DNA of 32,000 nt from Vibrio alginolyticus NBRC 15630 = ATCC 17749 (GTDB lineage: Bacteria > Pseudomonadota > Gammaproteobacteria > Enterobacterales > Vibrionaceae), in assembly GCF_000354175.2 (NCBI RefSeq), contig NC_022359.1:480001-512000 (forward strand). The letters run 5' to 3'. Below are positions 8,639 to 17,442 of the stretch, in pieces. The position numbers and the translations under genes are program-made. Below the pieces are notes generated by a model that saw only the letters and a list, made by a program, of their open reading frames with translations, ran no database searches and had not been told where the DNA came from. Position 1 is the stretch's first letter. Each line of letters starts with the position of its first letter.

Positions 8639-8658
8639 CATGAGCTTACTTAAATTAA

Positions 8659-9498
8659 CTATGCAAACAAATATTTTGCATGGAAGTTGAGGTGCTCTTC
8701 AATAAAGCTTGAGATGAAGTAATAGCTATGGTCATAGCCTGGTTGCATTCTCAAGGTTAGGTTTGAATCGTGTATTTTTGCCGCAGCAATCAGCGCTTCC
8801 GGTCTAAGCTGCTCATTTAAGAAGCCATCAGCATCACCTTGATCAACCAAAATTGGTAATGGTGATTGTTGTTGTTTTAGAAGTTCACTTGCATCGTATT
8901 GCTTCCAGCTTTCAAGCTCCTTGCCTAAGTAAGCAGTAAAGGCTTTTTGTCCCCAAGGGCATTGCATTGGGTTACTGATTGGACTGAACGCTGAAATAGA
9001 ACGGTACTGTTCTGAATTTTTCAGACCAATGGTGAGCGCTCCGTGGCCGCCCATACTGTGACCGGAAATTGACTTCACGTCAGAGACTGGGAAGTTACTT
9101 TCGATGATCGCAGGCAACTCCTCAGTCACATAGTCGTACATACAGTAATGCAGTGACCAAGGTGCTTGCGTCGCATTAAGGTAAAAGCCAGCTCCTTTTC
9201 CTAGGTCATAGCTTTCGTCGTCAGCGATACCTTCGCCTCTCGGACTTGTGTCTGGTGCAATGATCGCAATGCCAAGCTCGGCCGCCATACGAAATGCGCC
9301 CGCTTTCTGCATAAAGTTCTCATCGGTACACGTTAAACCAGAGAGCCAGTATAGCGCGGGTACGGGATTTGATTTCGTTGCGTTAGGTGGCAAGAATATT
9401 GCGAAGCGCATGGTGCAGTTTAGGGCATTGGATTCGTGTGTATATTGCTTGTGCCAACCGCCAAACACTTTGGCTTGGCTTACATTTTCAATGGTCAT
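8659..9498 (-). CDS. frmB: S-formylglutathione hydrolase (esterase D family)
   Basis: Collinear with E. coli FrmB/YeiG as I recall it: FGGWHKQY, YWLSGLTCTDENF, APDTSPRG, GAGFYLNATQAPW, the GHSMGGHGA nucleophile elbow, and GYDHSYYFISSFI. Confidence 0.92.
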   Translation of the reverse strand: MTIENVSQAKVFGGWHKQYTHESNALNCTMRFAIFLPPNATKSNPVPALYWLSGLTCTDENFMQKAGAFRMAAELGIAIIAPDTSPRGEGIADDESYDLGKGAGFYLNATQAPWSLHYCMYDYVTEELPAIIESNFPVSDVKSISGHSMGGHGALTIGLKNSEQYRSISAFSPISNPMQCPWGQKAFTAYLGKELESWKQYDASELLKQQQSPLPILVDQGDADGFLNEQLRPEALIAAAKIHDSNLTLRMQPGYDHSYYFISSFIEEHLNFHAKYLFA

Positions 9499-9527
9499 GA
9501 ATAAACTCTCTAATTAGCAGAAGGAAT

Positions 9528-9553
9528 TCAGGCTCCCCAAAAGGAGAGCCTGA
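9528..9553 (-). other. Intercistronic hairpin between frmA and frmB
   Basis: TCAGGCTC (9528-9535) pairs with GAGCCTGA (9546-9553). No U-tract follows on the transcribed (minus) strand, so I would not call it a full terminator. Confidence 0.5.
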
Positions 9554-9560
9554 GGCAGCA

Positions 9561-10721
<1,161 letters not shown>

Positions 10722-11002
10722 TTATATTTTCAGTATATGGAGTGACGTAATAAGCGTAGTTAAGGTTTGCTTACCGCGCTTCGTCGTTTTGTTGGTGCTC
10801 ATTTTAGGTGTTTCAGTAAAAATGATAATCCGTCCATTTTGAAAATGATTTTTACATATGCGTAATAATGATAAGGTGAGCGTGTAAAAAGAGTGCGATG
10901 CCTCCTTAAAGCGGAAGGGAAATGGAAAAGGTGATTGACCTGAAGTTAGATAGAGGGGCTAAAGTAGAAAACTGTCAAACCATCAGCTAAGTAAGAGTGA
11001 TT

Positions 11003-11809
11003 ATGAATAAGACGGATCTGAGTGCCTATTTAACCAAGCTAGGCTTGCCTAGTGAATTGCCCGCCGATTTGGAGTCATTGCACAGAGTTCACGTGGCGCA
11101 GCATCGTTGCCTGCCGTTTGAGAATTTTGACATCGCATTGCAGCGAGGCGTCTCTGTTGAGATTGAAGATATTATTCAAAAAACCGTGTACCACTCTCGC
11201 GGTGGTTACTGCTTTGAATTAAATGGTTTAATGCTTGATGTGCTCAACACTCTTGGGTTTGAAGCGCGAAGTTTGCTAGGGCGTGTACATGTGTCTGGTA
11301 CACCAACAGGTCGTAGTCATCAAATCACGTTAGTGACGTTAGAGGAACAAACATGGATTGTCGATGTGGGTTTTGGCTCCAATACCCCTCGAGCGCCATT
11401 GCCATTTATCCTTGACCAAGTGATTCAGACGGATTTACAAACCTTCCGTTTTGTCAAAGATGCTCAGTTTGGTTATTTCCTCCAAGTGCTTTCAACCGAT
11501 GGAACAGACGTGTGGAACAATCTATACAGCTTTGACCTAGAGTTCGTGTGTGCTGGTGACATTGCATGTAGCAACTTCTTTACCTCGACTTCGCCTAATT
11601 CGCGTTTTACTAGCGCAAGAGTCGCTGCTAGAGCGACAGAAAGTGGGTTGGTGACGCTGCTTAACTACACACTCAGATGCACCAATCATGAAGAGCTAAC
11701 AGAAATAGAGCTAGAGCCAGGTCAAACCTACCTGGATGCGTTGAAAGAATATTTTGGCATTGAGCTTGATGCGCAATACGACGAACTTCGTCCGTTACCT
11801 GACGCGTAA
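11003..11809 (+). CDS. Arylamine N-acetyltransferase (NAT family)
   Basis: Contains PFENFDIAL, RGGYCFELNG (catalytic Cys), SHQITLV (His) and VDVGFG (Asp). I prefer ATG 11003 (TAAGAG RBS 5 nt upstream) to the GTG at 10997 in the ORF track. Confidence 0.85.
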   Translation: MNKTDLSAYLTKLGLPSELPADLESLHRVHVAQHRCLPFENFDIALQRGVSVEIEDIIQKTVYHSRGGYCFELNGLMLDVLNTLGFEARSLLGRVHVSGTPTGRSHQITLVTLEEQTWIVDVGFGSNTPRAPLPFILDQVIQTDLQTFRFVKDAQFGYFLQVLSTDGTDVWNNLYSFDLEFVCAGDIACSNFFTSTSPNSRFTSARVAARATESGLVTLLNYTLRCTNHEELTEIELEPGQTYLDALKEYFGIELDAQYDELRPLPDA

Positions 11810-11889
11810 AGTTTTCCCGTTTTCAAAGCGTAGCGCGACGAGAACAATGTAATCACTATTTGTCTAGAAGAGGTCGACAGGAATACAGC

Positions 11890-12762
11890 ATGGCGAATTG
11901 GGAAGGAGTCAGCGAGTTTGTTGCCGTAGCGGAAACTAACAGCTTTACAGCTGCCGCGGCTAAACTGAAAACGTCAGTGGCACAAATCAGTCGCCGCGTA
12001 TCGGCACTTGAAGAGCGTCTTGCGGTTAAGTTACTGCATCGCACGACGAGAAAAGTTTCTCTGTCTGAAGCTGGACAGCTTTATTATCAGCAGTGCAAAC
12101 ATTTGGTCGAAGGGCTAGAACTGGCCGAGCTTGCCGTAACGCAAATGCAGACCGAACCGCGAGGTTTGCTGCGTGTGACAGCGCCTGTGACCTATGGGGA
12201 AATGAACCTCGCGCCGCTCTTGCATCAGTTTTTGGAGAAGTACCCGCGTGTGGACCTCGATTTAGTTCTGACCAATCAAAAACTGGATTTGATAGAGCAA
12301 GGGGTAGACGTGGCGATTCGTCTTGGCCGCCTGCAAGACTCCAGCATGATCGCAAAGCGTCTTTCGTCGCGTCAAAATTACGTGTGTGCTAGCCCTATGT
12401 ATTTGGAGCGATTTGGCGAGCCTCACACATTATCCGAACTGGCTCGACATCAGTGCCTAGTTGGTTCGGTCGATTATTGGCATTTTAAGGAAAATAAACG
12501 CGATAAGTCTTTGCGTGTGTCGGGGAGGATTAAATGCAATAGTGGTTTTGCGCTAATGGGCGCCGCCAAACGTGGTTTGGGTTTAGTGCAGTTGCCAGAC
12601 TATTACGTTCAAGAAGCTCTAGATAACGGTGAGCTAGTCGAGGTGCTGACCGATTACCGAGACGACCGTGAAGGCATTTGGGCACTGTATCCACAAAGCC
12701 GAAATTTATCGCCCAAAGTGAGGTTGTTGATCGACTTTTTAGCGCAGGAACTAGCGGATTAG
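11890..12762 (+). CDS. LysR-family transcriptional regulator
   Basis: wHTH signature (FVAVAETNSFTAAAAKLKTSVAQISRRVSALEERLAVKLLHRTTRKVSLSEAG) plus an effector domain. ATG 11890 is preferred over the upstream TTG at 11860. Confidence 0.9.
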   Translation: MANWEGVSEFVAVAETNSFTAAAAKLKTSVAQISRRVSALEERLAVKLLHRTTRKVSLSEAGQLYYQQCKHLVEGLELAELAVTQMQTEPRGLLRVTAPVTYGEMNLAPLLHQFLEKYPRVDLDLVLTNQKLDLIEQGVDVAIRLGRLQDSSMIAKRLSSRQNYVCASPMYLERFGEPHTLSELARHQCLVGSVDYWHFKENKRDKSLRVSGRIKCNSGFALMGAAKRGLGLVQLPDYYVQEALDNGELVEVLTDYRDDREGIWALYPQSRNLSPKVRLLIDFLAQELAD

Positions 12763-12796
12763 AGTTTTCATGAACTTTAATACAACTGAAGTCGCT

Positions 12797-12826
12797 AAAA
12801 CGCCCGGTGATGCCGGGCGTTTTTAT
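12797..12826. terminator. Bidirectional Rho-independent terminator
   Basis: CGCCCGG (12801-12807) and CCGGGCG (12813-12819), flanked by AAAA and TTTTT. Confidence 0.85.
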
Positions 12827-12861
12827 TGGGATAAGCGCTTGAACTGGAAATAAATGAACCA

Positions 12862-13635
12862 CTATTGGTTGGATTCCGCGTCTTCACGTTTAATCACTTT
12901 GTGCCCATCTTCAGACACGCCTTGCTTCCAATAGCTGCTGATGTAGATATTCTCGCGATCGACTTCTTTCTCATTGCGGAAATATTGGCGCAGCGCGCGC
13001 ATTGAATCGAACTCACACGCACACCATACCGAAGCGTTACCGTCTAACCACTCGAGTTCGCGAACGCTATCAGCCAAGGTTTGCTGTTCAGTTAGCCAAA
13101 TCAACTCCATACCGGCTGGCGTGTTTAGGGGTTGAATGTCGGCTGGAGACATCACGCTGATCACAGCGTAGCCTTTGGCCTCTTCTGGCAGCGTACGAAT
13201 TTTCGCAGAAAGTGCTGGAAGTGCTGTCATATCGGCAGCCATGAAGAACCAATCCGCCTCAGTATTTAAGTTGGAGATGCTACCTGGCCCAACAATGCTG
13301 ATCGTGTCGCCTTTTTGCGCGGCCATTGCCCAACGCGCTGCAAATCCGCATTGCAGATCTTGCGTTACGTGTCGGACGAAATCCACTTCGATTGAACTGG
13401 TTTCTGGATGAAAGCGTCGGATAGTGTAGGTGCGCATGATTGGTCGGTCGTCTTCTGGCAGGATGCTCAGATCCGCGCCGCCCATATCGTTAAACAGTAA
13501 TTTGATGTAACTGCCTTCGCAGTCACGAGGAAAGTGGCTCAGCGCCTCACCTTGCAAGGTAATGCGCTGCATGTTTGGAGTGATGGTTTCTGTGTCTGTG
13601 ACAACAAGCGTTTTAGGTTGAGGCTTCTTTTTCAT
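12862..13635 (-). CDS. Siderophore-interacting protein / ferric-siderophore reductase (ViuB/SIP family, FAD-binding)
   Basis: The RTYTIR FAD-binding motif, the N-terminal beta-barrel domain (ITPNMQRITLQG) and the C-terminal NAD(P)H-type domain (WFFMAADMTALPA) are typical of SIP/ViuB-like proteins. Confidence 0.8.
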   Translation of the reverse strand: MKKKPQPKTLVVTDTETITPNMQRITLQGEALSHFPRDCEGSYIKLLFNDMGGADLSILPEDDRPIMRTYTIRRFHPETSSIEVDFVRHVTQDLQCGFAARWAMAAQKGDTISIVGPGSISNLNTEADWFFMAADMTALPALSAKIRTLPEEAKGYAVISVMSPADIQPLNTPAGMELIWLTEQQTLADSVRELEWLDGNASVWCACEFDSMRALRQYFRNEKEVDRENIYISSYWKQGVSEDGHKVIKREDAESNQ

Positions 13636-13813
13636 TGTTACTTTACTCGATAATTATTCTCTTTCTCATTTAAAGATTATCAAGTTCCCTAACAAGAGGG
13701 TAGCGTCTTTAAACAAATTTACACTGTGAATTAACGCCAAAGCCTCAAGCAAAATGCAGTATCTGTCCTTTCCCAATTACGTAAAGTGAGTCGTTTTTTA
13801 ACCCAAAATAGAC

Positions 13814-14398
13814 TTATATCATTGGAATCGTAGACAAAAGCAACAGCGCAGCCATGCTGTAGTTGAACCCCTTAACGCGTTTATCGGTGGTCAACCAACG
13901 CTGCAATTGCATACCTGCCGCCGTCCAAAATGTTACCGATGGCAAGTTAGCTAAGCAGAAGATACCGGCGATAAAAGTCAGTTCGAGCCATGCACCGCCA
14001 CTGCTGTATACCGTAATGGCCGTCAACGCCATCGACCAACCTTTTGGGTTCACCCATTGGAATGCGACAGCCCCTAAAAAAGACATTGGGCGAAAATCGT
14101 GTTTTGCTTCGGTTTTGTCGCTGGTGGCGATTTTGTACGTCAAGTACAGCAAATAACTCGAGCTCAACACTTTCAAAATGGAGTGTGTAATTGGATATGC
14201 GTGGAACAGGCTCATCAAGCCAATGCCCACCAAAATTAGCATGGCACCAAAGCCAAAGGTAATGCCCAACATATGTGGGATAGTGCGTTTAAAGCCGACA
14301 TTTGCCCCTGAGGTCATCAACATAATGTTATTGGGACCCGGCGTAAAAGTGGAGACAAAAGCGAACAACGCCAAAGCGCCCAGTTGATGATATTCCAT
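13814..14398 (-). CDS. LysE/RhtB-family amino-acid exporter
   Basis: 194 aa with roughly 5-6 TM helices. The N-terminal FTPGPNNIMLMTSG motif is characteristic of the RhtB/LysE family. It is divergent from an Lrp/AsnC regulator. Confidence 0.85.
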   Translation of the reverse strand: MEYHQLGALALFAFVSTFTPGPNNIMLMTSGANVGFKRTIPHMLGITFGFGAMLILVGIGLMSLFHAYPITHSILKVLSSSYLLYLTYKIATSDKTEAKHDFRPMSFLGAVAFQWVNPKGWSMALTAITVYSSGGAWLELTFIAGIFCLANLPSVTFWTAAGMQLQRWLTTDKRVKGFNYSMAALLLLSTIPMI

Positions 14399-14512
14399 AG
14401 ATTGTTCCTTGAATCAGTTCTCGATAAGTAAAGAACAACTATAAGTAGAAATGAGGTCAATATTGTGCTTTTATTTGATGATTAGAAACCAAATAAGCAA
14501 TGAAACATCATC

Positions 14513-14953
14513 ATGGATAGATTTGACGAAAGAATATTGCAAGTGCTTAAACGCGACGGAAGAATCTCCAATGTAGAGCTGTCGGAACGCGTTGGTTTAT
14601 CTCCATCTGCCACCTTACGCCGAGTGCAAGATTTAGAGCGTAAAGGCGTGATCAAAGGCTACCGAGCAGTACTGGATAATCAGCAACTTGGCGTGGGTTT
14701 TGTCGCTTATGTGTCGATTGGTTTGGCCTCGCACTCTAAGCAGGCACAGCTGGGTTTCGAAGAGTATGTGCGTTTTGTAAACGAGGTGGTGGAATGTCAC
14801 AACATTACGGGATCTAACGAATATCTCATACGCGTAGAGACGCAAGATCTCGCCGCTTATAAAGCGTTCCATGCTGATGTGTTGGGTGAGTGCGAACACG
14901 TCAAGTCGATCACAACGATGGTGGTGATGGACACACCAAAAGACGAGCGATAG
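14513..14953 (+). CDS. Lrp/AsnC-family transcriptional regulator
   Basis: N-terminal HTH (DERILQVLKRDGRISNVELSERVGLSPSATLRRVQDLERKGVIKGY) followed by a RAM/ACT-like domain; 146 aa. Confidence 0.9.
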   Translation: MDRFDERILQVLKRDGRISNVELSERVGLSPSATLRRVQDLERKGVIKGYRAVLDNQQLGVGFVAYVSIGLASHSKQAQLGFEEYVRFVNEVVECHNITGSNEYLIRVETQDLAAYKAFHADVLGECEHVKSITTMVVMDTPKDER

Positions 14954-15167
14954 CCAAACGAGAGTGACAGTTTTTGTGGCACACGAATTTGAAGTGACTC
15001 GAAAGAGTCAGTCGAGTATGAGATAAGTACACAACAAATGCTGGAAAGCAGATGGCACTCTTACAATTTCCATATTTATTCTCACCTTCGAAATAATCTC
15101 ATCCTGCTAGTTTTGCTTAAACCGCTTGTGTTTCAGAGCGGCGAGTCAGCAAAATTAAGGATGAACG

Positions 15168-16346
15168 ATGAAATCACATGTAACACTTCCTCTTTTGAGC
15201 TTAAGCGCTGTTGCCGCATTGAGCTCATTTAACGTCAACGCCCATGGCTGGGTGGAGTTTCCAAGTGCTCGTCAAAATACGTGTTATTTAGACGGTGGTT
15301 TTTGGACCAACGAGATCCCTAACCAAGCGTGTAAAGCGGCTTTTGAAGAATCTGGCGCGTACCCGTTTGTGCAACGCAGCGAAATTGCGGCGAACGTACC
15401 AAACTACCGCGACATGGCACACGTTCAGGCGGTGGTTCGTGACGGTGAACTGTGTTCTGCCGGCGATGCGGCTAAGAAAGGCTTGAACATTCCTTCTCCA
15501 AACTGGCAGCGCACCAATGTTACGCCAGATGCAAACAACCAGATTGAATTGGTGTTTTACGGCAAAGCGCCGCACAATCCATCGTACTGGGAATTCTATC
15601 TCACCAAGCCAACTTATGATGATTCAAAACCTCTTACTTGGAGTGATTTAGAGCTGATCGACACCGCAGGTGATGTGTATGTTGATGCGGAAAAACGCTA
15701 CCGTATTCAGGTGACTTTCCCTGCTGATCGTTCCGGCGATGCGGTACTTTACACTCGTTGGCAGCGTATTGATGTCGCTGGGGAAGGTTTCTACAACTGT
15801 AGTGACATTACGTTAAACGGAACAGGCACGACGCCACCGACTGACCCTGTTGATCCAACCGAACCGGGCAATAATCTGACATCTCTAGGCTACTTTGTTC
15901 AGCAAGGTTTCGGACCAGTAGAAGCGGGTGACACCATCCGTTTCCGTACGTTTAATGCGACAGGCAATGAAATTGTCGATATTTCACTACCAATCAGTGC
16001 GAACAATACGGCGACTTGGGCGGCAGAAATAGCAGATCAATTTAACGCGCAGCAAACGGGCGATTGGTATGTGGGCATTTGGCATCAAGAGATGAACCAC
16101 TATATGTTCGATAGTAACAACGTGAATGCGAATCAAGTATTAGCGCCAAGCGCAGACTTCAGTTATGCGTTGTCACTGATCAAAGCGGATGTACCGCCAC
16201 CAGTTGAACCAACCAACTTGTGGGACAAGACGGCCGTATACAACCAAGGTGATGTGGTGACGCACAACGGTAAAGAATGGACTGCCCAGTGGTGGACGTC
16301 TGGTGAGGAACCAGGCACAACGGGTCAATGGGGTGTATGGCGTTAA
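15168..16346 (+). CDS. Secreted lytic polysaccharide monooxygenase (AA10) with an unassigned middle module and a C-terminal CBM5/12-like chitin-binding domain
   Basis: The signal peptide ends VNA|HGWVEFPSARQ, so His would be the mature N-terminus (histidine brace). Pro/Thr/Asp linkers are present (TPPTDPVDPTEP, VPPPVEPT). The C-terminus is WDKTAVYNQGDVVTHNGKEWTAQWWTSGEEPG. Confidence 0.8.
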   Translation: MKSHVTLPLLSLSAVAALSSFNVNAHGWVEFPSARQNTCYLDGGFWTNEIPNQACKAAFEESGAYPFVQRSEIAANVPNYRDMAHVQAVVRDGELCSAGDAAKKGLNIPSPNWQRTNVTPDANNQIELVFYGKAPHNPSYWEFYLTKPTYDDSKPLTWSDLELIDTAGDVYVDAEKRYRIQVTFPADRSGDAVLYTRWQRIDVAGEGFYNCSDITLNGTGTTPPTDPVDPTEPGNNLTSLGYFVQQGFGPVEAGDTIRFRTFNATGNEIVDISLPISANNTATWAAEIADQFNAQQTGDWYVGIWHQEMNHYMFDSNNVNANQVLAPSADFSYALSLIKADVPPPVEPTNLWDKTAVYNQGDVVTHNGKEWTAQWWTSGEEPGTTGQWGVWR

Positions 16347-16372
16347 GCCAGTTATTCGGGCCCTGAACAGTA

Positions 16373-16406
16373 AAACCCTTCTCATGTGAGAAGGGTTTGT
16401 TTTTTC
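16373..16406. terminator. Bidirectional Rho-independent terminator
   Basis: AAACCCTTCTCA pairs with TGAGAAGGGTTT around a 2-4 nt loop, followed by GTTTTTTC. It can serve both the LPMO gene (+) and the qnr-cupin-HAD unit (-). Confidence 0.9.
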
Positions 16407-16462
16407 AGTCTAAAACGATCACTTTGGTTGAGTGGTTGTCTTGAAAATCAGAGCACATATCG

Positions 16463-17083
16463 TTATTCGCTTGCTCTCCACTCGCTCCAGTTGAGCATCG
16501 CGTAGTCTGCCAGTTTGAGCATCGGAATGTCTTCGTGTGTATCACCGTAGGCATAAACAGATGCAAACTCGTCGAGTGAAAACGCCGCTTTCACACGTGA
16601 GACTTTTCTTTCTAAACTGCAATCACCTTGCTGGTAAAAGCCACTCAGTTTTGGCTGTTCTGAGATCAGTTCACTGCACAGCAAGTGGTAACCGTTCGCC
16701 TCACACCAAGGCTTGAGATACGCATTGAGTGATGCCGACACCACTACAATGGTATCGCCTCTGTGTTGATGCCACGCCAATCTTTCCATCGCTTCTGGCC
16801 GTAAGTACAGCGGGATCACTTCATGGGCAAACTGAGCGCCAATCGCTTCAATTTTTTGCGTTTCTTTCCCTGAAAATGCAATAAAACTGCTGAGTGGACG
16901 CATAACACGAGCGGGTAACACTCCGAGTTTGTACAGCGCATAAAATGGCATGATAGCGACCTTTCCTACTCGTTTGCGCAGGCCACAAGCAGAATAGTGG
17001 AGGAAAAGGCTAAACATATCCTCTCGGGTGATGGTGCCATCAAAATCAAACAGTGCCAGTGACGGCTTAGTAGTATCGAGCAA
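16463..17083 (-). CDS. HAD-IB family hydrolase (phosphatase-like)
   Basis: A DxDxT motif (LALFDFDGTITRED) sits near the N-terminus, and GDTHEDIPML is the C-terminal Asp motif. TTG appears to be the only start that retains the DxD motif (TAG lies 4 codons upstream). Confidence 0.75.
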   Translation of the reverse strand: MLDTTKPSLALFDFDGTITREDMFSLFLHYSACGLRKRVGKVAIMPFYALYKLGVLPARVMRPLSSFIAFSGKETQKIEAIGAQFAHEVIPLYLRPEAMERLAWHQHRGDTIVVVSASLNAYLKPWCEANGYHLLCSELISEQPKLSGFYQQGDCSLERKVSRVKAAFSLDEFASVYAYGDTHEDIPMLKLADYAMLNWSEWRASE

Positions 17084-17121
17084 ATTCAGCGCCTATTTTT
17101 AGGTTTAAGATCGTTTTGTGT

Positions 17122-17433
17122 TTATTGATAAAACACCGCCAACCAGATGGTTTCTTGCGTTGGGTCAGTCCAGCTCACTTTGTGTTTGGTATGAGCTGGA
17201 ATCGTAACGTGATCGCCTGCCTCAAGTCGTTGCACGACACCTGATTCAAAAGTCAGCTCTCCAGCTCCTTTAAGAACCAAGACCCATTCATGTTCTTCTT
17301 GATCGTACCAGCCACTTTCGGGCGAGGTTTGCCCCGTTGAGACAATGCGTTCTATACGCAGGTTTTTGTGGGTCAGCAGGTCTTCGAACACTTCCTCGTC
17401 GAGGTTATTCGGTAAGTCTTTAAACAGGTTCAT
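17122..17433 (-). CDS. Cupin-domain protein (103 aa)
   Basis: Cupin_2-like core (EHEWVLVLKGAGELTF...LEAGDHVTIPAHTKH). Its RBS (AAGGAAAGG) overlaps the qnr stop codon, leaving a 9-nt gap. Confidence 0.75.
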   Translation of the reverse strand: MNLFKDLPNNLDEEVFEDLLTHKNLRIERIVSTGQTSPESGWYDQEEHEWVLVLKGAGELTFESGVVQRLEAGDHVTIPAHTKHKVSWTDPTQETIWLAVFYQ

Positions 17434-17442
17434 GGCCTTTCC

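Noticed and set aside
12026-12392. ORFs of 109 aa (minus) and 99 aa (plus) overlapping the second LysR gene
   Set aside because: Their Arg/Ala/Ser-rich composition is typical of off-frame reading of a GC-richer gene. The LysR frame is fully supported.
14954-15167. Possible c-di-GMP-I (GEMM-I) riboswitch upstream of the LPMO gene, by analogy with Vc1 upstream of V. cholerae gbpA. The trigger was the TGACTC-GAAA-GAGTCA tetraloop hairpin near 15000.
   Set aside because: Apart from the GAAA-capped hairpin, I could not find the conserved GEMM-I elements I remember (GGCAAA, ACGCAAAGC, the second tetraloop-receptor helix). A covariance-model scan (Rfam RF01051) would settle it.
15038-15232. 64-aa ORF overlapping the LPMO start
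   Set aside because: It overlaps the well-supported LPMO signal-peptide region in another frame and has no RBS or motif.
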